A stretch of DNA of 64,000 nucleotides from Candidatus Eiseniibacteriota bacterium (GTDB lineage: Bacteria > Eisenbacteria > RBG-16-71-46): the NCBI GenBank assembly GCA_963744995.1, contig CAVUWA010000010.1, positions 736,001-800,000 of the forward strand, in the 5' to 3' direction. The notes under the pieces are model-generated. The model was not told the DNA's origin, searched no databases, and worked only from the letters and a program-made list of their open reading frames with translations. Below are positions 1 to 9,995 of this stretch, in pieces. Made by a program: the position numbers and the translations under genes. Each line of letters starts with the position of its first letter. Position 1 is the stretch's first letter.

Positions 1-758
1 TCGAAGTACGGCCTGAGCTTCCCGAGCGCCTCGATCGTCTGGTTGTCGCGCGGGCCGACGTCGTCGCGCACCATGTCGAAGCCGGGCGGCGGGAACACCG
101 GCGCGATCTCTTCGCGCAGCCGCTCGCGCGCGGCGACCGCGCGCTGGTGGCTGCGCAGCGCGAATTCGTCCTGCTGTTCGCGGGTGACGTGGAACTCGCG
201 CGCCAGCACCTCGGCGGTCTGCCCCATGTTGAGACCGCACGTCAGGTCGGTGAGCCCCTCCGCCAGCGCGATGCGCGGCGTGAGCATGCGCGGCCGGAAC
301 CTGGCGAATGCACCCAGCCGCGCGAACGGCGACTTCGCGCGCCAGACGCCTTCCAGCCACTGCGCGTACTCGGCGGTGTAGTAGAGCGGGATCTGGCTCA
401 TGGACTCCATCCCGCCCGCGAGCATCAGCCGCGCGTCGCCGGCGGCGATCCGGTAGCCGGCGTCGGCGACCGACTCCATCCCGGAAGCGCAGTTGCGATG
501 CACGGTCGCGGCCGGCACCGGCAGCGGAATGCCGGCGCGGATCGCGGTCACCCGCGCCGAGTTCGCCGCCTCGGCCGGCATCGCGCAGTTGCCCATGATC
601 ACCTCGTCGAGGTGCGCGGGATCCACTTCGGCGCGGGCGAGCAGCTCGCCCATCGCCACGCGGCCGAGCTCGTAGACCGGCACCGTGCGGAACGGGCCGC
701 CCGCCTTCGCGAACGGCGTGCGCACGCCGTCGAGGATCCAGAACGGAGGCGTGCTCAC
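1..758 (-). CDS. Thiolase (acetyl-CoA C-acyltransferase), partial; 3' end runs off the window
   Basis: Not in the ORF track; translated by hand from GTG at 758: MSTPPFWILDGVRTPFAKAGG...DEVIMGNC...ATVHRNCASGMESV...LAGGMESMS. Thiolase motifs include the catalytic Cys in NCASG. The start overlaps the upstream stop (GTGA). Confidence 0.93.
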   Translation of the reverse strand, partial: MSTPPFWILDGVRTPFAKAGGPFRTVPVYELGRVAMGELLARAEVDPAHLDEVIMGNCAMPAEAANSARVTAIRAGIPLPVPAATVHRNCASGMESVADAGYRIAAGDARLMLAGGMESMSQIPLYYTAEYAQWLEGVWRAKSPFARLGAFARFRPRMLTPRIALAEGLTDLTCGLNMGQTAEVLAREFHVTREQQDEFALRSHQRAVAARERLREEIAPVFPPPGFDMVRDDVGPRDNQTIEALGKLRPYF

Positions 759-1627
759 GTCTCGAGCCTCCGGAGCAGGGTGCGCGCGTCGTTCTGATAC
801 ACCAGATCGCGCGGCCCGCTGGTGGGCGGCAGCGCGATGGCCTTTTCGAGCGCGGCGCGCGCTTCGGCGGCGCGGCCGAGCTCGGAGTACGTGCGGCCGA
901 GCTCCAGCCAGAGCAGGACCACGGTGGGCGAGAGCTCCGCCGCGCGCCGGAAGTCGTGCACCGCATTGTCCATGGACGCGCCGCGCGGCATGCCGCCCAG
1001 GACCGTGTGCGCGGCGAGCTTCTCGAAGAAGCCGAGGCTCGACACTTCGCGGTTCCACATCCCGCGCACCAGATAGGCGAGCCCGTTGTCCGGCTCGAGC
1101 TCGATCGCCCGGTCCACCTCGGCCTTCACCTCGCGCGCGAGGGCGAGGCGGGTGCGCGGACCCTCGCGCAGCGCCTGCCGGCCGAGCGCGATGGCCAGCG
1201 TCAGGTGGCACTCGCCGACGTCGGGCCGCGCCGCCGTGGCCTCGCGCGAGTGCTCGACGGCCGACGCCACGAGCCGGCGCCGCGACTCGCCGTGGGCGTC
1301 CTCGCCCAGCTCCGACTCGGTCCGCGCGAGCTCGACCAGCACCTGATGATCGTGCGGCTCGGACTCGAGCACGCCGAGGTAGGCGACGCGGGCCGCTTCG
1401 AGCCGGCCCTGGTAGTAGAGCTCGAGCGCGTGGGCGTGGGCGGGCGAGGCGAGGTCGGAGGCGGCGATCGTGGCGGGCACCGCCGCCAGAAGAACGGCGG
1501 CGAGCCCGGCGACGAGCCGCCGGGCCCGGACGGGCAGGGCACGCCTGAAGCGCGCGGACGTGGCCCGCGCGGGGTCCGGACCGAGCCGGCGCGCGCAGGC
1601 GGCCGCAATCGTCGCGATCAATCGCAT
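755..1627 (-). CDS. Exported TPR protein, RMDN/PTPIP51(FAM82)-like
   Basis: Basic N-terminus plus hydrophobic signal (LVAGLAAVLLAAVPATIAA); TPR helices; segment RAIELEPDNGLAYLVRGMWNREVSSLGFFEKLAAHTVLGGMP...AVHDFRRAAELSP. Start codon uncertain. Confidence 0.75.
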   Translation of the reverse strand: MRLIATIAAACARRLGPDPARATSARFRRALPVRARRLVAGLAAVLLAAVPATIAASDLASPAHAHALELYYQGRLEAARVAYLGVLESEPHDHQVLVELARTESELGEDAHGESRRRLVASAVEHSREATAARPDVGECHLTLAIALGRQALREGPRTRLALAREVKAEVDRAIELEPDNGLAYLVRGMWNREVSSLGFFEKLAAHTVLGGMPRGASMDNAVHDFRRAAELSPTVVLLWLELGRTYSELGRAAEARAALEKAIALPPTSGPRDLVYQNDARTLLRRLET

Positions 1628-1882
1628 CGGGTGCCGACCTCCATGACGGCTGCGAAGGGCGAAAGTCGGGGGCGACTGTCGCGCAGGGGGTGGGGGCTGT
1701 CAATGGGCCGGCGGGGGGGCTTCGGGCCGCGAGGCCCTCGCCAGCCGTCGCTCGCGGCCCACCCTCCGGCCGCGGGCCCGCGTCATCCGCGCTCCAGCCC
1801 CCCGCTGGCGGTTTCGGAACAGTCCGTGCTATCGCTTGCCGATAACGGGTCGACGACACTCCCTCTGACACCGGAGGTGCCC

Positions 1883-3676
1883 GTGCCGGATACGCTGATC
1901 CAGATCTTCACCCGCGCCGTTCAGACCCACCGCAAGCCCGCCCAGTTCCTGCGCAAGGTGGGCCCCGCGTGGGAGTCCATCTCCGCCGAGCGCACCCTCT
2001 CCGACGTCCAGCAGCTGGCGCTGGGGCTCGTCGCGCTCGGGGTCGATCCTGGCGATCGCGTCGGGATCCTGTCCGAGAACCGCTACGAGTGGCCGGTGTG
2101 CGATCTCGCGGCGCTGTCGATCGGGGCCGCGACCGTACCGATCTACCCCACGCTCACGGCGGATCAGTGCGCCTACATGCTGCGCGACGCCGGCGCGAAG
2201 GTGCTGTTCGTCTCGAGCGCAGAGCAGCTCTCGAAGATCCTCGGCGTGCTCGACCGGCTGCCGAAACTCGCAACGACCGTCGTCCTGGACGCGGTCCCGC
2301 TCGAGGGGCCGCAGACGCTAGCCTGGGCCGATCTCCTCCAGCGCGGCGCCGCAGCGCGGCGTGCCGACGGTACGCTGTGGGCCGAGCGCGTCGCCGCCGT
2401 CCGCCCCGATGATCTCGCGACGATCATCTACACCTCGGGCACCACCGGCGAGCCCAAGGGGGCGATGCTCACGCACTCCAACATCTCGTCCAACGTGGCC
2501 GCCGGCCTGCAGGTCATGAAGCTCAGGCCCGACGACCGGTGCCTGTCGTTCCTGCCGCTCTGCCACATCTTCGAGCGCATGGCGGGGCTCTACGCGATGC
2601 TGCAGGGAGGCGTGACGATCGCCTATGCACAAAGCCCCGAGACCGTCGCCGAGGACGCCCTCGAGGTGCGCCCCACGGTGCTGCTCGGCGTGCCACGCTT
2701 CTACGAGAAGGTGTATGGCCGTGTGATGGAGGCGGCGCACACGATGCCCGCGTACCGGCGCGCGCTGCTGCACTGGGGGCTCGCGGTCGGCCGCCGCGTC
2801 GCCACCGCGACGTTCGCCGGGCGAAAGCCCGACGCGTGGACCGGCCTCGAGGCCGCGCTCGCCGAGCGGCTCGTGTTCTCGAAGATCCGCGCGCGCGTGG
2901 GCGGCCGGCTGCGCTTCTGCATTTCGGGAGGCGCGCCGCTCAACCCCGAGGTGATGTCGTTCTTCTACGCGATCGGGATCCCGGTGTACGAAGGCTACGG
3001 ACTCACCGAAACCTCGCCGGTGATCTGCCTGACTCCCGCCGCGCGGCCGAAGCCCGGCTGCGTCGGGCCGCCGCTCCCGGGCGTGGAGGTGAGAATCGGC
3101 GATGAAGGCGAGATTCTCACCCGCGGCCCGCACGTGATGAAGGGCTACTTCAACGATCCGGAGGCCACCGCGCGCGCGCTCGAGGGCGGCTGGTTTCACA
3201 CCGGTGACATCGGCGAGCTCGACGCCGACGGCTATCTGAAGATCACCGATCGCCTCAAGGAGCTGATCGTCCTCGCTGCGGGTAAGAAGGTCGCCCCGCA
3301 GCCGATCGAGAACCGGCTGAAATCGAGCGAATGGATCACCGAGGCCGTGCTCGTCGGCGACCGCCGCCCGTTCATCGCGTGCCTGGTGGTGCCCGACTAC
3401 GCGAAGCTCAGGACCCTGGTCCCCGGCGTCGAGGGCACGGCCCTCATCGAGCACCCGAAGGTGCTCGAGACCATTCAGCGCGTGGTCGACGGCATCAACG
3501 CCGGGCTCGCGCGCTTCGAGCAGATCAAACGCTTCGCGCTGATCGAGCGCGAGCTGTCCCAGGAGGCCGGCGAGCTGACCCCGTCGCTCAAGATCAAGCG
3601 CCGCATCGTGGACCAGCACTTCGCCGCGAGGATCGAGACGCTCTACGAGGGGCACACGCTGCCGGCCGCCTCGTAG
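1883..3676 (+). CDS. Long-chain fatty acid-CoA ligase (AMP-binding, FadD15-like)
   Basis: IIYTSGTTGEPKG, EGYGLTET, WFHTGDIG, ELTPSLKIKR motifs; GGAGG at 1873-1877 before GTG 1883. Confidence 0.95.
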   Translation: MPDTLIQIFTRAVQTHRKPAQFLRKVGPAWESISAERTLSDVQQLALGLVALGVDPGDRVGILSENRYEWPVCDLAALSIGAATVPIYPTLTADQCAYMLRDAGAKVLFVSSAEQLSKILGVLDRLPKLATTVVLDAVPLEGPQTLAWADLLQRGAAARRADGTLWAERVAAVRPDDLATIIYTSGTTGEPKGAMLTHSNISSNVAAGLQVMKLRPDDRCLSFLPLCHIFERMAGLYAMLQGGVTIAYAQSPETVAEDALEVRPTVLLGVPRFYEKVYGRVMEAAHTMPAYRRALLHWGLAVGRRVATATFAGRKPDAWTGLEAALAERLVFSKIRARVGGRLRFCISGGAPLNPEVMSFFYAIGIPVYEGYGLTETSPVICLTPAARPKPGCVGPPLPGVEVRIGDEGEILTRGPHVMKGYFNDPEATARALEGGWFHTGDIGELDADGYLKITDRLKELIVLAAGKKVAPQPIENRLKSSEWITEAVLVGDRRPFIACLVVPDYAKLRTLVPGVEGTALIEHPKVLETIQRVVDGINAGLARFEQIKRFALIERELSQEAGELTPSLKIKRRIVDQHFAARIETLYEGHTLPAAS

Positions 3677-3698
3677 CGCGCCCGTCCGGATCGCCTTC

Positions 3699-3707
3699 TG
3701 CTAGGAT
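3699..3707 (+). promoter_or_regulatory. Extended -10 promoter (TG-c-TAGGAT) for the ncRNA candidate
   Basis: TGCTAGGAT lies immediately upstream of the long hairpin, with no plus-strand CDS to serve. Confidence 0.5.
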
Positions 3708-3713
3708 TCCCCC

Positions 3714-3882
3714 TCCGGCCGGGGCCGGCCTCTCGCGTCCGGAGCCTGTTTCATGCGGATGAGTGCCGGCGGTAGCGCAGGGACGACGCGGTTCGTGCGG
3801 GTCCGGTAATCGGTCGTCGCACCCTCCCGTTGCCCTCGCTCGCGGGAGTCACGCAGGGACGCGGCGAAGGTCGGCCCCCTTT
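3714..3882 (+). ncRNA. Rod-shaped structured RNA, 6S RNA-like candidate
   Basis: Nested pairings 3721-3731/3868-3878, 3734-3740/3857-3863, 3761-3765/3837-3841, 3771-3777/3828-3834, 3782-3787/3813-3818, with a central bubble at 3741-3760/3842-3856. Ends approximate. Confidence 0.55.
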
Positions 3883-3981
3883 CGCCCCTGACCCCGTCGA
3901 CGACCGGCACGGCCTGGTGGGAATCGCGGTGCCCCGCGCCCGCCCTCGAGGGGACGACCCGGGGGTCCGCCGCCGCGGGTC

Positions 3982-4431
3982 CTACCTGAGCACCCCGCGC
4001 TTCTTCTGCATCCCCGAGAACACGATCAGCAGGATCGACACGACCACGATCGCCGCGGTGAACGCCATCGCGCCGGGCGTGCGCATCTCCGCCGGGCCCG
4101 GGGCGAGCACGAGGTTATGAAGCATGGTGACGAGGAGCCCCACGAACGAGACGATGAACACCGGGTAGGCAAGTGCGCGGCGCATGAGCAGCAGGATCGA
4201 CCCCAGCACGGCGCCCCACACGGCGATCGCCCAACCCGAGACGACCCAGGCCGGCATCCCGTAGAAGTACTCGAGCTGTTCGGCGGTGAACTGGCTCATG
4301 TAGGAGGGGTTCTTGGTCTCCGTCATCAGATAGTCGATGGCGCCCATCGCATTCCACAGCAGCGCGAGGATGCCGACGACCCACAGTTGCCAGGGCGTGC
4401 GCGGGGGCGGGCTCTGCGGCGCTTCGCTCAT
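3982..4431 (-). CDS. Small 4-TM membrane protein, function unknown
   Basis: MSEAPQ...PWQLWVVGILALLWNAMGAIDY...; four hydrophobic segments; GGAGGGAGA SD before ATG 4431. Confidence 0.85.
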   Translation of the reverse strand: MSEAPQSPPPRTPWQLWVVGILALLWNAMGAIDYLMTETKNPSYMSQFTAEQLEYFYGMPAWVVSGWAIAVWGAVLGSILLLMRRALAYPVFIVSFVGLLVTMLHNLVLAPGPAEMRTPGAMAFTAAIVVVSILLIVFSGMQKKRGVLR

Positions 4432-4708
4432 GATCTCTCCCTCCGGGTTCGGAGTGGGGTGGAGCGGGTTCCCATGAAGGCAGCCATGCCGGAGAGGCGA
4501 CCCGCGCGCCGGCATCCTATGCAGCTTCCCGGCGCCGTTCCACCCTGAATTCCACGAAAGGGGATTCCGGCGGCCCGGCGGGACCTCCCGCGTGCCGGCG
4601 CAACCGCTTTCCGTTTGGTCCCATCCCGCCCTTGCGGTAGCGTTCCGGCTCCGCTGGCCGCGACTCGCCCGCCCGGGGGGCGGCCTGACCACCCCTGGAG
4701 GGCATCCG

Positions 4709-7351
4709 ATGGCGCTGGAACCCGGTGCGAAGCTCGGGCCGTACGAGGTGAAGAGCCAGCTCGGCGCGGGCGGCATGGGCGAGGTCTATCTCGCCCACGA
4801 CACCCGCCTCGGCCGCGACGTCGCGATCAAGGTCCTGCCGTCGCATCTGGCGGCGACCCCCGACGCCCGTGCGCGATTCGAGCGCGAGGCGCGCGCCATC
4901 AGCGCGCTGAATCACCCGAACATCTGCACGCTCCACGACGTCGGGCACCAGGATGGGGTGGACTTCCTGGTGATGGAGTACCTCGAAGGCGAATCGCTCG
5001 CCGCGCGCCTCGTGAACGGGGCGTTGCCGATGGACGAGGTGTTGAAGGTCGGCACGCAGATCGCGGACGCGCTCGACAAGGCGCACCGGCAGGGGCTCGT
5101 GCACCGGGATCTCAAGCCCGGGAACATCATGCTCACCCGCGGCGGCGCCAAGCTGCTCGACTTCGGGCTCGCACGCGGCACGGTGCTCGGCGCGGTGACC
5201 GACCTGTCACAGTCGCCCACGCACACGCGGCCGCTCACCGCCGAAGGCGCGATCGTCGGCACCTTCCAGTACATGTCGCCCGAGCAGCTCGAGGGCCAGG
5301 AAGCCGACGCGCGCAGCGACATCTTTTCGTTCGGCGCGGTGCTCTACGAGATGGCGACCGGCCACAAGGCCTTCGACGGCCGCAGCCAGGCCAGCCTCAT
5401 CGCGGCGATCATCGGCCAGGAACCGCCGTCGGTGACCGCGATGCAGCCCATGGCGCCGCCGGCGCTCGATCGGGTGATCCGCACCTGTCTCGCCAAGAAT
5501 CCCGAGGACCGCTACCAGAGCGCCCATGACGTGAAGCTGCAGCTCGCCTGGGTCGCCGAGGCCGGCTCGCAGGCGGGTCTGCCCGCACCGGTCGCGGCGC
5601 GCCGTCGCTCGCGCGAGCGCATGCTGGCCATCGCGGCGACGGTGGCGACGCTGGTGGCGGTGGCCCTCGCCGTTCTGCTCGTGCTGCGCCGGCCGCCGGA
5701 ACCCGAAATCGTCCGCTTCGACGTGCAGCCGCCGTCGTCGCTGCAGTTCCTCGACGCGCCGCGCATCTCTCCCAACGGCCGCCACATCGCCTACAACGCC
5801 ACCGACTCGACCGGCGTCTCGCGCGTCTGGATCCGCTCGCTCGAATCGATGACGGCGCACGCGCTCGCGGGCACCGAAGGAGCGGGACGACCGTTCTGGT
5901 CGCCCGACAGCCGCTTCCTCGCGTTCTTCTCGGGCGGCAAGCTCAAGAAAGTCGACGTGTCGGGCGCGCCGCCGGTGACGCTCTGTGACGCGCCGAGCGG
6001 GGCGGACGGCGCGTGGAGCAGGCACGACGTCATCCTCTATGACGGCCGCTCGACGGACCCGATCATGCGGGTTTCGGCGACGGGGGGCGTTCCCGTTCCC
6101 GAGGTCGAGGCCGACAGCAGCCTCGGAATGTCCCAGGTCGGCTGGCCGGAATTCCTTCCGGACGGCAAGCATTTCTTCTTCCTCTCGATCGGTCCGAAGA
6201 CCTCGCTCAAGGTGGGCACGCTCGGCTCGAAAAAGTTCATCGATCTCGGCCCGTGCGAGTCGCGCATCCAGTTCATCGACGCCGGGTACATCGTCTTCTC
6301 GCGCGGCGGCACGCTGGTCGCGCAGCGCTTCTCGCCCGGATCGCTGAAGCTCGAAGGCGAGCCGGTGCCGATCGCGGAGCAGGTGACCTCCGATCCGGTG
6401 GGCTCGGCCGACTTCTCGATCTCGGAGAACGGCACGCTGGCCTACTCGACGCGCCGGGCGCAGGTGGGCGCACTCTACCGTCTCGACCGGGAAGGCCGGC
6501 ACACCGCCGACTTCCGCACGCCGGGCGGGATCCTGAACCTGGTGCTGTCGCCGGACGGCCGGCGCATCGCCATGCGCGTGCTCGATCCCAACACCCGCTC
6601 GCGCGACATCTGGCTGCTGGACCTCGATCGCGACATCACCTCGCGATTCACCTTCGATCCGCGCAACGAGAACTATCCGGTGTGGTCGCCCACGGGCGAC
6701 CGGGTCGCCTACTACGACGAAGCGCCCGCTGCGGGCCCGCCGGGGATCTACGCGAAGAACGCCAGCGGTGCGGCGCAGCCGAAACTGGTCGCCGCATTCG
6801 CGAACGAGTCGCGACCGGCGTGCTGGTCGCCGGACGGCAAGGACATCCTGTTCGAGACGGACGATCCGGCACGGGCGCGCGACATCTACGCCGTCCCCGT
6901 GGCGGGTGGCGAGCGGCGCCCGGTGCTCGAGACCAACTTCGACGAGCACGACGCCCGCCTCTCCCCCGACGGCCGGTGGCTCGCCTACGCGTCGAACGAA
7001 TCCGGCCGCGACGAGGTCTACGTTCAGACCTATCCCGACCCGACCGGCAAGTGGCAGGTGTCGACCAACGGCGGCGCGTATCCGGAATGGCGCGGCGACG
7101 GCAGGGAGATGTACTACCTCGCCGCGGACAATGAGCTGATGGCCGTGTCCGTGCAGACGGCGCCGACGTTCACCGCCGGCCTGCCGCAGGCCCTGTTCTC
7201 CGCCCGCGTGCTGTTTCCGGGCGCGAACACGTCCTCCTACGCGGTGTCGAAGGACGGACAGACGTTCTACGTCATCGAGCCGGCCGGCGGCGCTTCGCTG
7301 CCGACGACGAACGTCGTACTGAACTGGCCGGAAGCGCTGAAGCGGCGCTGA
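4709..7351 (+). CDS. Hanks-type Ser/Thr kinase with TM helix and PD40/TolB-like beta-propeller
   Basis: LGAGGMGEVY, VAIK, HRDLKPGN, DFG, YMSPE; TM segment; repeated WSPDG motifs; GGAGG SD. Confidence 0.95.
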   Translation: MALEPGAKLGPYEVKSQLGAGGMGEVYLAHDTRLGRDVAIKVLPSHLAATPDARARFEREARAISALNHPNICTLHDVGHQDGVDFLVMEYLEGESLAARLVNGALPMDEVLKVGTQIADALDKAHRQGLVHRDLKPGNIMLTRGGAKLLDFGLARGTVLGAVTDLSQSPTHTRPLTAEGAIVGTFQYMSPEQLEGQEADARSDIFSFGAVLYEMATGHKAFDGRSQASLIAAIIGQEPPSVTAMQPMAPPALDRVIRTCLAKNPEDRYQSAHDVKLQLAWVAEAGSQAGLPAPVAARRRSRERMLAIAATVATLVAVALAVLLVLRRPPEPEIVRFDVQPPSSLQFLDAPRISPNGRHIAYNATDSTGVSRVWIRSLESMTAHALAGTEGAGRPFWSPDSRFLAFFSGGKLKKVDVSGAPPVTLCDAPSGADGAWSRHDVILYDGRSTDPIMRVSATGGVPVPEVEADSSLGMSQVGWPEFLPDGKHFFFLSIGPKTSLKVGTLGSKKFIDLGPCESRIQFIDAGYIVFSRGGTLVAQRFSPGSLKLEGEPVPIAEQVTSDPVGSADFSISENGTLAYSTRRAQVGALYRLDREGRHTADFRTPGGILNLVLSPDGRRIAMRVLDPNTRSRDIWLLDLDRDITSRFTFDPRNENYPVWSPTGDRVAYYDEAPAAGPPGIYAKNASGAAQPKLVAAFANESRPACWSPDGKDILFETDDPARARDIYAVPVAGGERRPVLETNFDEHDARLSPDGRWLAYASNESGRDEVYVQTYPDPTGKWQVSTNGGAYPEWRGDGREMYYLAADNELMAVSVQTAPTFTAGLPQALFSARVLFPGANTSSYAVSKDGQTFYVIEPAGGASLPTTNVVLNWPEALKRR

Positions 7352-7353
7352 CC

Positions 7354-8145
7354 ATGTCCGCCGGCGCCGGGCTCTCCGCGCTCCTGAACCGCCACCGCTC
7401 GATCCGGCACTACACACCCGAACCGGTTCCGGCCGCGCTGGTCGAGCAGGTGCTCGGCGACGCGGTCGCCGGTTCCTCGTCGTCCGGCAACCTCAATGCG
7501 GTCTCGATGGTCCTCACCCGCGATCCCGGGCGAAAGCGACGCCTCTACGAGCTCCACTTCGAACAGGGCATGGTGCTCGAGGCGCCGCTCGTGATCACCT
7601 TCTGCGCCGACTGGTTCCGCACCCGCGAGTGGCTGCGCCGTCACGGTGCGCGCGACAACTTCGACAACCTGATCGGCTGGCATGTCGCCGCGTTCGACGC
7701 GATGATCCTCTCGCAGTCCGTGTGCCTCGGCTTCGAAGCGCAGGGGCTCGGCATCTGCTACATGGGGACGACCCTGCACGCGATGGGGGCCATCGCCGAC
7801 TTCCTCGAACTCCCCGACACCTGCCTCCCCGTCACGACGATCGTCGTGGGCCACCCGGCCGAAGATCCGGAGAAGCGCGACCGGCTGCCGCTCCACGCTT
7901 TTCTGCACGATGAGACGTATCGGCGGCCCACGGAGGCCGAACTCGACGCCGTCTACGAACAGCGGGAGATCAGGGGCTGGGCCCGCTACATGGCGTATCC
8001 CGAGCTGCGGGCCAGGGTCGAGGCGCTGGGGGTCACTTCGCTCGCGCAGTTCTACACCAGCGAGGCGAAGTACGACCCCAGGGCGTTCCGCGAGGACTCG
8101 GAGCGGCTGCGCGCGCTGCTCGAGGCGAAGCACTTCCTGCCGTAG
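7354..8145 (+). CDS. Nitroreductase family protein (NfsA/FRP-like)
   Basis: HRSIRHY, SSSGNL, GLGICYMG, RDRLP motifs. Confidence 0.9.
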   Translation: MSAGAGLSALLNRHRSIRHYTPEPVPAALVEQVLGDAVAGSSSSGNLNAVSMVLTRDPGRKRRLYELHFEQGMVLEAPLVITFCADWFRTREWLRRHGARDNFDNLIGWHVAAFDAMILSQSVCLGFEAQGLGICYMGTTLHAMGAIADFLELPDTCLPVTTIVVGHPAEDPEKRDRLPLHAFLHDETYRRPTEAELDAVYEQREIRGWARYMAYPELRARVEALGVTSLAQFYTSEAKYDPRAFREDSERLRALLEAKHFLP

Positions 8146-8178
8146 GGGCCCGGGCCGCCGTGGCCATCACGGGCGTCT

Positions 8179-9192
8179 CTAGCGACCGCCCCCCGCGGCC
8201 CGCATCGCGAGCCACACCAGGGCGGCCACCAGCCCCGCGGCGGGCATCGTCAGCACCCACGCCCAGACGATACGGCCGGCCACTCCCCACTTGACCGCCG
8301 ACAGCTTCTGCGTCGCGCTCACCCCGGCGCCCACGATCGCGCCGGTGATGGTATGGGTCGTCGAAACCGGAATCCCCGCGGCGCTGGCGCCGAACAGCGC
8401 GATCGCGCCGGAGGTCTCGGCGCAGAAGCCGCCCACCGGCTGGAGCCGGGTGATGCTCATCCCCATCGTCTTCACGATTCGCCAGCCACCCGACAGCGTG
8501 CCGAGCGCGATCGACCCGAAGCTCGCGAGGATCACCCAGAACGGGACGTGGAATTCGCCCTTCAGGTGGCCGCTGGAATAGAGCAGCGCGGTGATGATCC
8601 CCGCGGTCTTCTGGGCGTCGTTCGAGCCGTGCCCGAGGCTGAACGCCGCCGCCGAGACCAGCTGCAGCCGCCGGAACAGGCGTTCCACCGTGTGCGGATT
8701 CGTGCGGTGGAAGAGCCAGACGACCCCGAGCATCGAGAGGAATCCGAGCACGAGCCCGAGCAGCGGCGAGACGACGATGAACACGACCACCTTCGTGACG
8801 CCGGCGGCGACGATCGCCGCGGGGCCGACGGCAACCAGGGCGGCCCCGACGAATCCGCCGATCAGCGCATGCGAAGACGACGTCGGCAACCCGAGCCACC
8901 ACGTCAGCATGTTCCAGGCGAGCGCGCCGAGCAGCGCCGCGCACACGATCGACGGAGTCACGACCTCCGGCTGCACGATGCCCTTCCCCATCGTGGTGGC
9001 GACGTGCGGCGCGATCACGGCGAAAGCGACGAAATTGAAGAATGCCGCCCACACCACCGCCTGCCGCGGGGACAGCACGCGCGTGCTCACCACCGTGGCG
9101 ATCGAGTTGGCCGCGTCGTGGAATCCGTTGGTGTAATCGAAGATCAGTGCGATCGCGATGATGAGCAGAACGAAGGGTTCGAGCGGGGTCAC
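8179..9192 (-). CDS. pit: PiT family inorganic phosphate transporter
   Basis: NGFHDAANSIAT, GLPTSSSHA, HGSNDAQK, GIPVSTTH signatures; GTG at 9192 directly after the DUF47 stop. Confidence 0.95.
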   Translation of the reverse strand: MTPLEPFVLLIIAIALIFDYTNGFHDAANSIATVVSTRVLSPRQAVVWAAFFNFVAFAVIAPHVATTMGKGIVQPEVVTPSIVCAALLGALAWNMLTWWLGLPTSSSHALIGGFVGAALVAVGPAAIVAAGVTKVVVFIVVSPLLGLVLGFLSMLGVVWLFHRTNPHTVERLFRRLQLVSAAAFSLGHGSNDAQKTAGIITALLYSSGHLKGEFHVPFWVILASFGSIALGTLSGGWRIVKTMGMSITRLQPVGGFCAETSGAIALFGASAAGIPVSTTHTITGAIVGAGVSATQKLSAVKWGVAGRIVWAWVLTMPAAGLVAALVWLAMRAAGGGR

Positions 9193-9193
9193 G

Positions 9194-9811
9194 TCAGCGG
9201 CTCTTGAGCACGATCGCCTCGATCGTGTTGGCCACGTCCTCGCAGCGGTCAGCCGCACCCTCGAGCCGGCCGTAGATCTCCTTCCAGCGCATCACGTCGA
9301 GCAGGTCGTGCCGTCCCGAGAACAGATCGGCGACCGCCGTGCGCGAGAGGCCATCGGCTTCGTTTTCGAGCCGGTGGATCTCGATCAGGAACGACTTCAG
9401 GTTCTTCATGTCCTTGAGTTCACCGACCGCGTGCTCGATCTGAACGCCGCTCTCGGCGATGATCCCGGCGAGCTTGCGCGCTTCGTCGGTCATGGTCGGG
9501 ATGTTGAAGAGCACGAACCGGCTCGCGATCGCCTCGACCGCGTCGAGCACGTCGTCCAGCCCGCTCGCGAGGTCGTGAATGTCGTCGCGCTCGAGAGGCG
9601 TGATGAAGGTGCGGTTCAGCCGCTCGAACAGATCATGCGTGACGAGGTCGCCCTTGTGCTCGACCTCCTTGAGGCCGCGGGCGCGCTCCTCGATTCCGTC
9701 GTACCGCTCGGCCATGTCGTGGAGTTGATCGCAGCCCAGCCGAACCAGCGCCGCCTGTTTCTTGAAGAGGGTGAAGAAGTCTTCGTCGCGTGGGAAGAGT
9801 GAGAAGCCCAT
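9194..9811 (-). CDS. DUF47/PhoU-like phosphate transport regulator
   Basis: EHKGD...LNRTFITPLERDDI...LDDVLD...ENEAD...DRCEDVAN; adjacent to pit. Confidence 0.93.
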   Translation of the reverse strand: MGFSLFPRDEDFFTLFKKQAALVRLGCDQLHDMAERYDGIEERARGLKEVEHKGDLVTHDLFERLNRTFITPLERDDIHDLASGLDDVLDAVEAIASRFVLFNIPTMTDEARKLAGIIAESGVQIEHAVGELKDMKNLKSFLIEIHRLENEADGLSRTAVADLFSGRHDLLDVMRWKEIYGRLEGAADRCEDVANTIEAIVLKSR

Positions 9812-9995
9812 CGGGTCCCTCTCGGGAGAGCATCGTGACGCCGCAGGGGCCGCGTCGCGGCCCGGAACGGTGGAGTGCTACCAAGTCGGAGGCATTCCGG
9901 CAACCCGCTGGCGCGAAGATCTGGTCCCGTTCGGGATCCGGAGCACCTCGGGCCTGGCCCTGGCGGAGGTCGCGACGGCGGGGAGCGGAACGGCC

